A stretch of DNA of 61,091 bases from an uncultured Synergistaceae bacterium (GCA_937870605.1 CALMZW010000071.1:1-61091), one strand, 5' to 3'. Shown: positions 1 through 9,834, numbered from the stretch's first letter. Notes: generated from the sequence alone by a model not told the origin. Numbers and translations are program-made.

Positions 1-264
1 CTGGAAGTAATTCGGGTCGAGCCAGGCGTCCATATACGTATAGCAGTCGTAATAGGCCTGGACGAGATCTTCGAGGACATCCGCCGTGCTGACGATCGCC
101 TGTATCTCTCGCGGGAGCAGGTAGAACCCCGTCACGCCGGCCGCCGCGCTGAAGGATACGCAATCCCGGAGGTACGCCCGGTAGGCGGACGCTTCCGCGC
201 TCCCCCCGCCGGAAGCGAACAGGAAACAGAGCGCCAGGGCGCTGCGGATCAATCGTCGGAACAT
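1..264 (-). CDS. hypothetical exported protein, N-terminal part only (gene runs off the left edge)
   Basis: Reverse-strand ATG at 264 follows GGGAGG (275-280). My translation is MFRRLIRSALALCFLFASGGGSAEASAYRAYLRDC..., which has a signal-peptide-like N-terminus. The frame stays open to position 1. It is not in the ORF track because there is no stop inside the window. Confidence 0.45.
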   Translation of the reverse strand, partial: MFRRLIRSALALCFLFASGGGSAEASAYRAYLRDCVSFSAAAGVTGFYLLPREIQAIVSTADVLEDLVQAYYDCYTYMDAWLDPNYFQ

Positions 265-291
265 GGTCGAATCGCCTCCCTCTTTTCATCG

Positions 292-297
292 ATTATA
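292..297 (-). promoter_or_regulatory. candidate -10 box (TATAAT on reverse strand) for the left-edge gene
   Basis: The reverse strand reads GGTATAATCGATGAAAAGAGGGAGG...ATG, so the -10 to RBS to start spacing is sensible. The -35 is poor. Confidence 0.35.
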
Positions 298-485
298 CCT
301 TTTTTCGGGCGGTGCGGAGCGCCGCGTACCCCGGCGCCGGGAGCGTTGTATACACAGGAGGCCCTCGACCGCATCGCCGGGATGAAGTACCATGTTCTGC
401 GGCGCACGGAGCCGATCGTCTCTCCGGATGAACAACCGGAGGAAATTTTCGGCGGCGCTTTGCAGCGGGACGGAGCGTACAACGT

Positions 486-1709
486 TTGTCCCATACAATC
501 GGGAGGAAGTGCGGAAGAGTGTCCATCAAGAAACAGATTGCGGATGTCGTTGAAGAACTGAAAGAGGAACTTCTCGCATTGAGCCGCGCCATACATGGGA
601 ACCCCGAAACGGGCATGCAGGAGCACAAGGCGGCCCGGTGGCAGAAGGAGCTTCTCGAGAAGTACGGGTTCACGGTGGAAATTCCGTTTTGCGGGATGCC
701 GACGGCGTTCCGGGCGGCGTATCCTTCGAAGAATCCGAACGGGCCGAAGATCGCCTTTCTGTCCGAGTATGACGCCCTGGAAGGCGTCGGTCACGGCTGC
801 GGGCATAACATCATCGCGTCGGGCGCGATGGGCGCTTCGATCGCGCTGGCGAAGACCATGGAGGCGAACGGCGTTCCGGGAGAGGTCGTCGTTTTCGGGA
901 CGCCCGCCGAGGAAACGGGAGGCGGGAAGATCCCGATGGCGGATGCGGGCGTTTTCGACGGATTCGCCTGCGCGCTGATGGTCCATCCGTCGGACAGGAA
1001 CCTGATCGCGCGTCACGGGCTGGCGGCGCAGTCGGTCGACGTCGAGTTCTTCGGCAAGGCCGCGCACTCGTCGAGCCCCGGAGACGGCGTGAACGCCCTG
1101 GCGTCGCTCATCGCGCTTTTCAACGGAGTCGACTCCCTGAGCCACACATGGACCAACGAAAGCAAGATCAATGGTATCATCACACATGGAGGCGCGGCGT
1201 CCAACATCGTTCCCGATTACGCGAAGGCCTCCTTTACGGTGCGCGCCGGAAAGAAAAAGACGCTTCTCGGGATCTTCCGCGATCTCGAACGGGTCGCGCA
1301 GTCGGCGGCGCTCCTGACGGGCGCCGGGTACAAGGTCGCAGGCGCGGACGTCTATGCGGAGCGGTACCCGAGCATGACGCTCGGCGAGGCGTTCAAGGCG
1401 AACATGGAGTCTCTGGGCGAGATCATGAACTACCCGGATTACTCCGCGCAGGTCGGTTCTTCCGACATCGGCAACGTCTCGCTGGTCGTGCCCGCGATCC
1501 ACGAATACCTCGCCATTGCGGAGCCGGGAACGGTCATTGCGCATCATGAATCCTTCCGGAACGCTGCGTCGGGGCCGCGAGCGGACGATGTGGTCCTTCT
1601 GGCCGCGAAGGGGTTGGCGATGACGGGCCTGGACGTCCTGACCGATGACGATCTTCGCGCTCGAATGTGGAAGGAATTCGATGAAAAGGTCCGCCCGAAC
1701 CAGTGCTGA
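486..1709 (+). CDS. M20-family metallo-amidohydrolase/peptidase (AbgB-like)
   Basis: 407-aa ORF with a GHGCGHN metal-ligand motif and a GTPAEETGGGK block typical of M20 amidohydrolases. TTG 486 is the longest start. GTG 519 lies 11 nt after GGGAGGA (501-507) and is probably the real start. Confidence 0.85.
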   Translation: MSHTIGRKCGRVSIKKQIADVVEELKEELLALSRAIHGNPETGMQEHKAARWQKELLEKYGFTVEIPFCGMPTAFRAAYPSKNPNGPKIAFLSEYDALEGVGHGCGHNIIASGAMGASIALAKTMEANGVPGEVVVFGTPAEETGGGKIPMADAGVFDGFACALMVHPSDRNLIARHGLAAQSVDVEFFGKAAHSSSPGDGVNALASLIALFNGVDSLSHTWTNESKINGIITHGGAASNIVPDYAKASFTVRAGKKKTLLGIFRDLERVAQSAALLTGAGYKVAGADVYAERYPSMTLGEAFKANMESLGEIMNYPDYSAQVGSSDIGNVSLVVPAIHEYLAIAEPGTVIAHHESFRNAASGPRADDVVLLAAKGLAMTGLDVLTDDDLRARMWKEFDEKVRPNQC

Positions 1710-1735
1710 TTTTCTGTGAAATGGAGACCCGCTGA

Positions 1736-2701
1736 ATGCTGAAATATCTCTTGAAGCGAATATTCCAGATGTTCGTCGTGCTCTTTGTGGTCTCCGTCAT
1801 CGTCTTTTGCGTCATGAGCTTCACCGGAGACCCGGTCCTCATGATCGTTCCGCCGACGGCGACGGACGCCCAGATCGCGGAGGCGAGAATCGCCCTCGGT
1901 CTTGACCGGCCCCTGTGGGAGCAGTATTCCGTCTTTCTCGGAAACCTGCTTCGCGGCGATCTCGGCGTATCGTACATGTTCAAGCGCCCCGCGCTCACGC
2001 TGATCGTCGAACGCATGCCCGCGACGCTGGAGCTCGTCTTTCTCTCGATCCTCATCTCCCTCGCCGTCGCCCTGCCCTGCGGCGTCTTCGCCGGAGCGCG
2101 GCCGAACAGCCCTCTCAGCCGCGCGATCATGGGGGGATCCCTTCTCGGGATATCGCTTCCATCCTTCTGGGTCGGCATTCTGTTCATCTTCTATTTCGCC
2201 GTCGAGAAGGGATTGCTTCCTTCATCGGGGCGCGGCGTGACCGGCCTCCTCTTCGGGGTTCCTTTCGCGTTTCTCACCTGGGACGGATTCCGGCACATCA
2301 TTCTGCCGGCCGTCACGCTCGCGCTCGGGACGCTGGCGATGCTGATACGCCTCATACGGGCGCAGATCATGGAGGTTATGCGGCAGGATTTCATCAGGTT
2401 CGCGCGGGCGAAGGGCGTCTCGTGGAGCAGCCTGCTTTTCTCCCACGCGCTCAAAAACGCCCTCGTTCCCGTGGTCACGGTCTTCGGCCTGCAGGTCGGA
2501 AGCCTCATCGCGTTCGCGACGGTCACGGAGACGATTTTCGCGTGGCCCGGAATGGGCAAACTGCTGGTCGATTCGATCAACACCTCGGACCGGCCCGTCA
2601 TCGTCGCCTATCTCATGATCGTCGCCGCCATGTTCGTCCTGATCAACTTCATCGTCGATATCGTCTATACGCTGATCGATCCGCGCGTCGACCTCAGGTG
2701 A
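1736..2701 (+). CDS. peptide/nickel ABC transporter permease (DppB/OppB type)
   Basis: 321-aa polytopic membrane protein with a typical OppB N-terminus (MLKYLLKRIFQM...) and C-terminus (DIVYTLIDPRV). GGAG lies 9 nt upstream of the ATG. Confidence 0.9.
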   Translation: MLKYLLKRIFQMFVVLFVVSVIVFCVMSFTGDPVLMIVPPTATDAQIAEARIALGLDRPLWEQYSVFLGNLLRGDLGVSYMFKRPALTLIVERMPATLELVFLSILISLAVALPCGVFAGARPNSPLSRAIMGGSLLGISLPSFWVGILFIFYFAVEKGLLPSSGRGVTGLLFGVPFAFLTWDGFRHIILPAVTLALGTLAMLIRLIRAQIMEVMRQDFIRFARAKGVSWSSLLFSHALKNALVPVVTVFGLQVGSLIAFATVTETIFAWPGMGKLLVDSINTSDRPVIVAYLMIVAAMFVLINFIVDIVYTLIDPRVDLR

Positions 2702-2706
2702 CGGGG

Positions 2707-3591
2707 ATGGGGAAAAAGATGAACGCCTTCTTCAGAAGCGAGTTCTTCCATAATTTCGTTCGAAGCGCGGGCGCCGTCTCGGGCCTGCTCATTGTGGTTT
2801 TTTTCCTGGTGATGGTCCTGCTTGGCCCCGCCTGGACGCCGCAGAACCCCTACGATATCGCGAGCCTGGACCTCATGGACGCGTACAAGCCGCCTCTGTG
2901 GATGGAGGGCGGAGACCCCGCGTTCGTTCTCGGAACGGACGAACAGGGGCGCGACCTCCTGAGCGCGATCGTGTACGGCAGCCGGATATCCCTGTTCATC
3001 GGCGTTGCGGTGGTCCTGCTTTCGTGCGTGATCGGCACGTTTTTCGGGCTGATCGCGGGCTACTTCGGCGGACGGATCGACAGCATCCTGATGCGTGTCG
3101 TGGATATCCAGCTTTCCTTTCCTGCGATGCTCGTGGCGCTGTTCATCATGGCGGCGTTCGGCCGCGGCCTCGGCAAGCTCATCGTCGCCCTGACGATCGT
3201 TGGGTGGGTGTTGTACGCTCGCACCGTGCGGGGCTCGGTCCTCGTCGAGCGAAACAAGGAATACGTCGATGCGGCGAAGCTGATCGGGCTCTCCCCGTTT
3301 CCGATCATCGTGCGCCACGTCCTGCCCAACGTCCTGACGCCGTTGATCGTCATCGCGACGATTCACGTCGGGACCGTGATCCTGACGGAGGCGACGCTGA
3401 GTTACCTCGGGGTCGGGGTTCCCGTTACGGAGCCGTCCCTCGGCCTCCTGGTCAAAAACGGCTACGACGTCCTTTTCAGCGGGCTCTGGTGGTCCTCGGT
3501 CTTTCCCGGGGTGTTTATCATGCTGCTCGTCTTCGGGATCAATCTCCTCGGAGATTTTCTGCGCGACGAATTCAATCCGCGCCTGAAGTAG
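2707..3591 (+). CDS. peptide/nickel ABC transporter permease (DppC/OppC type)
   Basis: This is the in-frame 3' part of track ORF 1915..3591. The coding part begins MGKKMNAFFRSEFFHNF... and carries OppC-like motifs (GTDEQGRDLLS, ends GDFLRDEFNPRLK). ATG 2719 is an alternative start. Confidence 0.9.
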   Translation: MGKKMNAFFRSEFFHNFVRSAGAVSGLLIVVFFLVMVLLGPAWTPQNPYDIASLDLMDAYKPPLWMEGGDPAFVLGTDEQGRDLLSAIVYGSRISLFIGVAVVLLSCVIGTFFGLIAGYFGGRIDSILMRVVDIQLSFPAMLVALFIMAAFGRGLGKLIVALTIVGWVLYARTVRGSVLVERNKEYVDAAKLIGLSPFPIIVRHVLPNVLTPLIVIATIHVGTVILTEATLSYLGVGVPVTEPSLGLLVKNGYDVLFSGLWWSSVFPGVFIMLLVFGINLLGDFLRDEFNPRLK

Positions 3592-3600
3592 GAGACTGCG

Positions 3601-4599
3601 ATGTCCGAATATCTTCTTGAAGTCAAAAACCTGAAAACATGCTTCGAACTCTTCCGCGGAACCGTGAAAGCGGTGGATGGCGTCGACTTTACGCTGAAAA
3701 CGGGAGAAATCCTCGGCATCGTCGGGGAGTCGGGAGGCGGAAAGTCCGTAACGGGATTCTCCCTGCTCGGGCTGATCGACGCTCCGGGACGGATAACGGG
3801 CGGAGAGATCCTTTTCCGGGGAGAAGACCTTCTGAAAAAGAGCGAAGAGGAGATGCGCCGGATACGGGGGAAAGAGATTTCGATGATATTCCAGGATCCC
3901 ATGACCTCCCTCAATCCGCTGCAGACCATAGGCCGGCAGATCGACGAGATGCTCGCCCTGCACACGGATCTCTCGTCCGCCGGACGCAGGGCGCGAATCC
4001 TCGAGTTGCTGAACGAGGTCGGCATTCCGACACCCGAAGATCGCCTGGACTGCTATCCGCACCAGTTCTCCGGAGGGATGCGGCAACGCGTGGTCATTGC
4101 GATCGCGCTCGCCGCGAACCCCAGACTCATCATCGCGGACGAGCCGACGACGGCGCTCGACGTGACCGTTCAGGCGCAGATCCTGAAGCTCATGGAGAAC
4201 CTCGTGAAGAAGTTCGGCTCCGCGCTGATTCTCGTCACGCATGACCTCGCGGTCGTCTCCGAGATGACCCACCGAGTTGTCGTCATGTACTGCGGAAAGA
4301 TCGTCGAAGAGGCCCCGACGGCGGAATTGATCCGCGCCCCGCGTCACCCCTATACGAAGGGATTGCTCGGATCGATCCCCCGGATAACGGGCGTCCGGAC
4401 GCCCCGTCTGCCGCAGATTCCCGGGATGGCGCCGCACCTGTTCGATCTGCCGAAAGGGTGTTCGTTTGCGCCGCGCTGCGGCTATGCGACGGAACGCTGC
4501 CGCGAAGAGGTCCCCGCGATGCGGGAGCTTTCCGCCGGGCGGCGTGCGGCGTGCCACAATCCCGTCTCCACGGAGAAGAGGACGGCCGGAAATGGATAA
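3601..4599 (+). CDS. peptide ABC transporter ATP-binding protein (DppD/OppD type)
   Basis: Walker A GESGGGKS, signature FSGGMRQRV, Walker [13 protein letters not shown], and the C-terminal oligopeptide-type extension (CSFAPRC). Confidence 0.9.
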   Translation: MSEYLLEVKNLKTCFELFRGTVKAVDGVDFTLKTGEILGIVGESGGGKSVTGFSLLGLIDAPGRITGGEILFRGEDLLKKSEEEMRRIRGKEISMIFQDPMTSLNPLQTIGRQIDEMLALHTDLSSAGRRARILELLNEVGIPTPEDRLDCYPHQFSGGMRQRVVIAIALAANPRLIIADEPTTALDVTVQAQILKLMENLVKKFGSALILVTHDLAVVSEMTHRVVVMYCGKIVEEAPTAELIRAPRHPYTKGLLGSIPRITGVRTPRLPQIPGMAPHLFDLPKGCSFAPRCGYATERCREEVPAMRELSAGRRAACHNPVSTEKRTAGNG

Positions 4600-5593
4600 T
4601 CGCCCGGAGTCCCGCGATCCGGAATTCCTTCTCGAAGTCTCGGACCTCGTGCAGAGTTTCGCGCAGCCCCGCGGGATCCTGGACAGACTCGCCGGGAAGC
4701 CGCAGAAGGTCGTTCATGCGGTCAACGGCGTCTCCTTCGCGGTCCGGCGCGGCGAGGTGTTCAGCCTCGTCGGGGAATCCGGATGCGGCAAATCGACGAC
4801 GGCGAGGACCATCGTCCGGCTTCTGGAGCCGAAATCGGGATCGATCGTCTTTGACGGCGAGGATATTTCGAAATTCAGCGCGTCGGAGATGATGCCGGTG
4901 CGCAAAAAGATGCAGATGATCTTCCAGGATCCGTACGCGTCGCTGAATCCGCGGCAGCGGATTAAGGACATCATCATGGAGCCGATGCTCTTCCACGGGA
5001 TAGCCTCCGGGAAAGACGAGGCCCATGAAAAGATGTTCCGGCTTCTCGATATCGTCGGGTTCCGTCCGGAGCAGGCGGACCGCTATCCTCACCAGTTCTC
5101 GGGGGGACAGCGGCAGCGGATCGGGATCGCCCGGGCGCTGTCCACAAACCCCGCCTTCATCGTCGCGGACGAACCGGTCTCGGCGCTCGACGTGTCCATT
5201 CAGGCGCAGGTTCTGAACCTGATGATGGACCTTCGGGACGAATTCACCCTTTCGTATCTTTTTATCGCGCACGATCTCTCCGTCGTCCGACACGTCACCG
5301 AGCGGGTGGGAATCATGTACCTGGGGTTCATCGTCGAACAGGGGGACTGCGACGCCATCTTCGGAAATCCGATGCATCCGTACACGAAAGCATTGCTGGC
5401 GGCCGCGCCGACTCTTGACCGGATCGTTGCGGCCGAACCGCTGAAGGGCGACGTTCCGAGCCCCATCATGCTGCCTCCGGGGTGTCCGTTCGCGAATCGC
5501 TGCCCGCAAAGGCGGGATCTGTGCACAACGACGCGTCCGCAGCTTCGGGAACACTCCGGACGGATCGTTGCGTGTCACTTCTCCGGAAACTGA
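4592..5593 (+). CDS. peptide ABC transporter ATP-binding protein (DppF/OppF type)
   Basis: In-frame part of track ORF 4466..5593, starting [16 protein letters not shown]. Walker [10 protein letters not shown], signature FSGGQRQRI, Walker [13 protein letters not shown]. It overlaps the upstream stop by 8 nt. Confidence 0.9.
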   Translation: MDNRPESRDPEFLLEVSDLVQSFAQPRGILDRLAGKPQKVVHAVNGVSFAVRRGEVFSLVGESGCGKSTTARTIVRLLEPKSGSIVFDGEDISKFSASEMMPVRKKMQMIFQDPYASLNPRQRIKDIIMEPMLFHGIASGKDEAHEKMFRLLDIVGFRPEQADRYPHQFSGGQRQRIGIARALSTNPAFIVADEPVSALDVSIQAQVLNLMMDLRDEFTLSYLFIAHDLSVVRHVTERVGIMYLGFIVEQGDCDAIFGNPMHPYTKALLAAAPTLDRIVAAEPLKGDVPSPIMLPPGCPFANRCPQRRDLCTTTRPQLREHSGRIVACHFSGN

Positions 5594-5646
5594 CAGCTGA
5601 AGAAGCTGTAGTTCGCACCACACTCAATCAAGGGGGGAACAGGACG

Positions 5647-7191
5647 ATGAACAGAAGATTTGCGGCAATACTGGCGGCGTGTATGCTCTCGGTATGTATG
5701 GTTCCGGCGGCGTTTGCGGCGGAGAAGAGCCTTGTCATCGGGCTCGCGTCGGACGCGCTTTTCATGGATCCGTCGCAGCAGGACGAGACGATTACGAACA
5801 CGATGGGGCGGTACATGTACGACGGCCTCCTCAACAGCGACGCGCTCGGACTTCCGACGCCCGCGCTCGCGACCTCCTGGTCGGTCGGCGACGACAATCT
5901 CACCTGGACGTTCACCCTTCGCAAGGGCGTGAAGTTCCATGACGGCGGCGACTTCACGGCCGATGACGTGGCGTACACGATCGAGGTGTGCCGAACGTCC
6001 CTGCTGAAGAACTTCACCGCTTCGATCAAGGAAGTTCAGATCGTCGATCCGCACACGGTCAAGATCATCACCTCCGTTCCGACGGCGGTTCTTCTCGAAT
6101 CCCTCGTCCCGCTGCGGATTCTTCCCAAAGCCTACCGGACGAAGGTCGGAGCGGAGAAGTTCAATCAGGCCCCCGTCGGCACCGGTCCGTACGTTTTCCA
6201 GGAGTGGATCAAGGAAGACCACATCTCCATGAAGGCGAACGAAGCGTACTGGGGCGGAGCGCCGAAGATCACAAAGGTGACGATGCGTCCCATCAGCAAC
6301 GCGGCGACCCGGACGGCGGCGCTTCTCACCGGAGAAGTCGACATCGTCGAGGACGTTCCCGTCCGGGACGTCGACAAGGTGAAGGGCACGAGCGGATTCG
6401 CCGTCGTCGACCGTCCGAGCGAACGTCTCATCTATCTGCACGTGGATGCGAACAGGCCGAAGGGCGCCGGAGTCATCGGACTCGACAAGAACCCCTTCAA
6501 CGATATCCGCGTCCGCAAGGCGCTTTCCCTCGCCATCAACCGGGATGCGATCGTGAAGATGATCATGAACGGTAACGCGTACCCGACGAACCAGCTCGTT
6601 CTCGAGGGACGACGCGGCCATACGAAGAAGATCCCCGCGCCGGTCTTCGATCCCGCGGAGGCGAAGAAACTGCTTGCCGAGGCCGGATATCCCGACGGAT
6701 TCAAGGTGTATCTCGACGCGCCGAACGGCCGGTATGTCAATGACGGGCAGGTCGCCCAGGCGCTCGCGAGCCAGCTCACCAAGGTCGGAATCCAGATCGA
6801 GCTTCGCCTTCACCCGAAGTCCGTCTTCTTCGATTTCGTGCGTCCGGGCGACAAATCGAGCCTCGTCATGACGGGGTGGTCCGAGCCGATCGACGTCGGC
6901 GAGTTGGGCAACGTCCTCTTCTACACGAGAGGCAAGAACCCGGCCAAGGGCGGGTCCAACCGCGGCCACTACGCGAATCCCGAGTTCGACAAGCTCCTCG
7001 ACGCGGCCGACGCGACGGCCGATCCCGCCAAACGGGCCGGGCTTCTCGAAGAAGCGGCCGCTCTCATCGTCGGGGACCGCGGCGTCGTGCCGCTCTACTT
7101 CCAGCAGGACCTCTACGGCAAGAAGGCGAATGTCGCATTTGAACCCCGTGCGGATAAGTCCATCCTTGCGGCGGATATGGACGTAAAGTAG
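5647..7191 (+). CDS. ABC transporter substrate-binding protein, family 5 (peptide/nickel, DppA/OppA-like)
   Basis: In-frame part of track ORF 5482..7191. It starts MNRRFAAILAACMLSVCMVPAAFA (signal peptide) after a GGGGGG RBS. Length and overall sequence are family-5-like. Confidence 0.9.
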   Translation: MNRRFAAILAACMLSVCMVPAAFAAEKSLVIGLASDALFMDPSQQDETITNTMGRYMYDGLLNSDALGLPTPALATSWSVGDDNLTWTFTLRKGVKFHDGGDFTADDVAYTIEVCRTSLLKNFTASIKEVQIVDPHTVKIITSVPTAVLLESLVPLRILPKAYRTKVGAEKFNQAPVGTGPYVFQEWIKEDHISMKANEAYWGGAPKITKVTMRPISNAATRTAALLTGEVDIVEDVPVRDVDKVKGTSGFAVVDRPSERLIYLHVDANRPKGAGVIGLDKNPFNDIRVRKALSLAINRDAIVKMIMNGNAYPTNQLVLEGRRGHTKKIPAPVFDPAEAKKLLAEAGYPDGFKVYLDAPNGRYVNDGQVAQALASQLTKVGIQIELRLHPKSVFFDFVRPGDKSSLVMTGWSEPIDVGELGNVLFYTRGKNPAKGGSNRGHYANPEFDKLLDAADATADPAKRAGLLEEAAALIVGDRGVVPLYFQQDLYGKKANVAFEPRADKSILAADMDVK

Positions 7192-7231
7192 AAGAGACGT
7201 CAGAGAAAACCTCTCAGGCGTTCCGGAACGG

Positions 7232-7272
7232 GGCGGGGTGTGCGGACGTTGTCGTCCGCGCACCCCGCCTTG
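7232..7272 (+). terminator. hairpin after the peptide-transport operon (weak T tail)
   Basis: 17-bp stem GGCGGGGTGTGCGGACG / CGTCCGCGCACCCCGCC (one G-U pair) with loop TTGT, followed by TTGCCGTTG. Confidence 0.5.
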
Positions 7273-7359
7273 CCGTTGCGCCGATGCCCCGAATCCGTCC
7301 GAATCCATTCCGGACGCACGCCGTTCGGCCGGATGTTTGTCGAAGAAAAAAATTACTGC

Positions 7360-7388
7360 GTGACAAACAGGGAAGAGAAGCGTATAAT
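7360..7388 (+). promoter_or_regulatory. sigma70-like promoter GTGACA-17-TATAAT
   Basis: GTGACA 7360-7365, 17-nt spacer, TATAAT 7383-7388. It lies about 30 nt upstream of a GGAGG RBS. Confidence 0.6.
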
Positions 7389-7422
7389 CCTCTTTTGGAG
7401 AAAATCCAGAGGAGGTGAATGT

Positions 7423-7581
7423 ATGACAGGAACAGAAACGATCAAGCTCGTCTCTCTCGATGGGACGCCGCACTGGCGCATGCCCGACGGCAGCTTCCGC
7501 CCCGCGAATCCGGAAACAGGCAGTTGCATCGCCCGGATGCCCCGCGACGGAAGAAACAGGATTCTCGTAATCCACAACTAG
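7423..7581 (+). CDS. hypothetical small protein (52 aa)
   Basis: ATG 7423 lies 7 nt after GGAGG (7411-7415). Product: MTGTETIKLVSLDGTPHWRMPDGSFRPANPETGSCIARMPRDGRNRILVIHN. It is bracketed by its own promoter and an intrinsic terminator. I recognise no family. Confidence 0.4.
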   Translation: MTGTETIKLVSLDGTPHWRMPDGSFRPANPETGSCIARMPRDGRNRILVIHN

Positions 7582-7654
7582 AGAGAAGCACGAGCGGCCT
7601 TTTGTATCCCTAACGGACGTCCCAACGACGGACGAGGTCATACAGGGTTTGTGA

Positions 7655-7688
7655 GGCGGACCGGTTTTCCGGTCCGCCTTTTCTTTTT
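7655..7688 (+). terminator. intrinsic terminator
   Basis: GGCGGACCGG-TTTT-CCGGTCCGCC followed by TTTTCTTTTT. Confidence 0.8.
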
Positions 7689-7739
7689 CCCGGCGTGACA
7701 CTATAGTATCAGGATGCATTCGGAAAGGAGTGTTTCGTC

Positions 7740-8843
7740 ATGACGTGGTTCCAATGGGCGCCGGCCTGGCTGCGGAAGGAGTACGGCCCCGAGTACGCCA
7801 CCCTCAAGGAGAGCCGTCCCGTTCTCGTCGATTGCGCGCTGGGCTGCAACCCCCTCGGAACGCCCGCATCCGCCCGGGCCGTGATCGAACGCGGCGGTAT
7901 CGGCGTGGATGCCTATCCTGACGGCAAGGAAACCGTCATCGGGGGAATCCGTTCGTTCTGGAAGGGCGCCGTCGAACCGTCGCAGCTGATCCTCGGGTGC
8001 GGATCGATCGGCGTGCTGACGACCATCGCGCGGAGCCTCTGCGGCCCGGGCGCTCGCGTTCTGGGAATGGCCCCCCAGTTTACGTCGGGATTGCTCGCGT
8101 TCCGGACTTCGGGCTCCGACGTGTTGGCGACGCCGCTCGAAGCGCCCGGCTTCACCCCCGATCCGGCGCGTCTTGCGGACCTCGTGACGGAGGAGACGTC
8201 TCTCGTCTATTTCGACCGGCCCCACAACCCCACCGGCTGGACGGCCCCGCTGGACGCCATGGCGCGCCTCGCCGACCGCTGCGCCGAAAAGGGAGCGCTG
8301 TTGATCTCGGACGAAGCCTACGGCGACTACATCCCTCCGGAGCAGTCCGCGATCACCCTGTCGCACGATGCGATCATCTGCGTCCGCAGCTTTTCGAAGG
8401 GGTGGGGGCTCGCGGGCCTGCGGGCGGGGTACGGCGTCATACGGGACCGGAAGGCCATGGCGCTTCTGCGGATCGTCGAGGATCCCTTCCCGCTGAACTC
8501 CGTTGCGCTCGCGGTTCTTCCCGAGGTCCTCAAGGATGAAGACTATCCGCGCCGCACGCGCGACACGGTGTCCGCAATGAAACGCCGCGTGCTGGAGTGC
8601 GTCGCGGCCTCGCCGGACATGTCGGCCGCCCCGACGGATCTCCGCTCGCCGATCATGCTGCTGCACGACCGGCGACCCGGGAGCCTGTACGAGCGCCTGA
8701 TGGGAGCGGGGATCCGGACGGAGCCGGGGGAGTGCTTCGAGGGGCTCGGCGAACACTGTGAGCAGTTTGTCCGCCTGCGTGTTCCGGGACCGGAACACAT
8801 CGGTCGTTTCGAGGAGATCTGGAGGAATTCGTTCTCGCGGTAG
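7740..8843 (+). CDS. class I/II PLP-dependent aminotransferase (histidinol-phosphate/aromatic aminotransferase-like)
   Basis: 367 aa with the PLP-lysine block RSFSKGWGLAGLRAGY and a NPTG motif. AAAGGAG RBS upstream of ATG 7740. Confidence 0.8.
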   Translation: MTWFQWAPAWLRKEYGPEYATLKESRPVLVDCALGCNPLGTPASARAVIERGGIGVDAYPDGKETVIGGIRSFWKGAVEPSQLILGCGSIGVLTTIARSLCGPGARVLGMAPQFTSGLLAFRTSGSDVLATPLEAPGFTPDPARLADLVTEETSLVYFDRPHNPTGWTAPLDAMARLADRCAEKGALLISDEAYGDYIPPEQSAITLSHDAIICVRSFSKGWGLAGLRAGYGVIRDRKAMALLRIVEDPFPLNSVALAVLPEVLKDEDYPRRTRDTVSAMKRRVLECVAASPDMSAAPTDLRSPIMLLHDRRPGSLYERLMGAGIRTEPGECFEGLGEHCEQFVRLRVPGPEHIGRFEEIWRNSFSR

Positions 8844-8881
8844 AAAAAAGCGGAGGAAGGCGCGAAAGCGCCTTCCTCCGC
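8844..8881 (-). terminator. intrinsic terminator between convergent genes (T tract on the reverse strand)
   Basis: 14-bp perfect stem GCGGAGGAAGGCGC / GCGCCTTCCTCCGC with loop GAAA. On the reverse strand it is followed by TTTTTT (A6 at 8844-8849). Confidence 0.75.
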
Positions 8882-8895
8882 CCGGTCTGACCGGT

Positions 8896-9834
8896 TTACG
8901 GGACGATCTGCGTTCCCGATGCGCCTTCGAGGGCTTCGAGGGCGTCGTTCAGGCTCGCGATGATGGCCCGTTTTCCGCCGTTTCGGACGAATCGGAGCGC
9001 GGCCTTGACTTTCGGCCCCATCGATCCCGCCTTGAAGTGCCCTTCCCGTTCGAAGGCCTCGACTTCGTCCGCCGTGACCCTGTGGAGCCGGCGCTCCCCG
9101 GGTTGCCGGTAGTTCACCGAGACGGCCGGGACGTCCGTGAGGATCATGAAGACGTCCGCCTTGACCTCGGCGGCGAGCCGTTCTCCGGCGAGGTCCTTGT
9201 CGATGACCGCCTCGACGCCCTCAAGCGAGCCGTCGGGACGACGAACGACAGGAATTCCGCCCCCGCCGGACGCGACGACGACGAATCCTTTGGACACGAG
9301 CGTGTTGATGACATTCCGTTCGACGATTCCCGTGGGATCGGGCGACGCGACAACCCGCCGCCAGCCGCGCCCCGCATCCTCGATCCAGTGTTCGCCGGTT
9401 TCGGCCATGCGCTTTCGCGCCGCCTCCTCCGTGGAGAAAGGACCGACGGGCTTCGTGGGGTGGGAGAACGCCGGGTCGTCGGGGTTCACTTCCACCCGGG
9501 TGACGAGACACACCGGCTCGCGTCCCTCGATTCCTTCCCGGCGCATGGTGTTTTCCAGGCTCTGGCAGAACATGTAGCCGATGAGTCCCTGGCTTTCGGC
9601 GCCGCAGAGATCCATCGGCATGGCCGGAACCTTTGCGCTCCCCAGCTCGTTCTGAATCAGGATGGCGCCGACCTGCGGGCCGTTCCCGTGGGTGATGACA
9701 ACCTCATGCGACGCCCGAATCATACGGACGATCTGCTCAACGGTTTTCTGAACGTTTTCCCGCTGTTCGGCAGCGACGCCCCGCTGCCCGGGCTGCAAAA
9801 TCGCGTTGCCGCCAAGGGCGACCAATACTCTCAT
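8896..9834 (-). CDS. arcC: carbamate kinase
   Basis: [13 protein letters not shown]..., [21 protein letters not shown] and the C-terminal GGIPV block. The ATG at 9834 is preferred over the track TTG at 9852, which overlaps the RBS GGAGGG. Confidence 0.9.
   Translation of the reverse strand: MRVLVALGGNAILQPGQRGVAAEQRENVQKTVEQIVRMIRASHEVVITHGNGPQVGAILIQNELGSAKVPAMPMDLCGAESQGLIGYMFCQSLENTMRREGIEGREPVCLVTRVEVNPDDPAFSHPTKPVGPFSTEEAARKRMAETGEHWIEDAGRGWRRVVASPDPTGIVERNVINTLVSKGFVVVASGGGGIPVVRRPDGSLEGVEAVIDKDLAGERLAAEVKADVFMILTDVPAVSVNYRQPGERRLHRVTADEVEAFEREGHFKAGSMGPKVKAALRFVRNGGKRAIIASLNDALEALEGASGTQIVP

Noticed and set aside
494-499. TACAAT as a -10 box for the M20 hydrolase
   Set aside because: It abuts the RBS (501-507), so a transcript starting downstream of it would lack the RBS. 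No matching -35 was found.
346-561. 71-aa ORF in the divergent spacer upstream of the M20 hydrolase
   Set aside because: It has a TTG start with no RBS, overlaps the start of the hydrolase in another frame, and has no recognisable features.
1915-3591. Over-long 5' extensions of track ORFs (1915..3591, 4466..5593, 5482..7191, 10775..12244, 29272..31113, 37241..39238, 38143..40533, 42201..43583, 53933..57700)
   Set aside because: The extensions overlap the preceding gene in another frame and translate to Arg-rich junk. Internal starts with an RBS, a signal peptide or the canonical family N-terminus were used instead.
2665-4557. Other long antisense or out-of-frame ORFs. Examples: 249..1547-, 2665..4557-, 5575..7719-, 9806..12007+, 25924..27123-, 27042..28589-, 29770..31146-, 38839..40830-, 46437..49130+, 53324..55828-, 56096..57631-
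   Set aside because: All are Arg/Gly/Pro/His-rich, lack start-site signals, and each lies opposite to or out of frame with a gene that has clear family motifs. This is typical of GC-rich DNA.
7419-7613. Alternative 64-aa ORF (MYDRNRNDQARLSRWDAALAHARRQ...) sharing the small-ORF locus
   Set aside because: Its ATG is only 3 nt from the GGAGG RBS, and the product is Arg-rich low complexity. The +1 frame starting at 7423 has ideal spacing and a protein-like composition.
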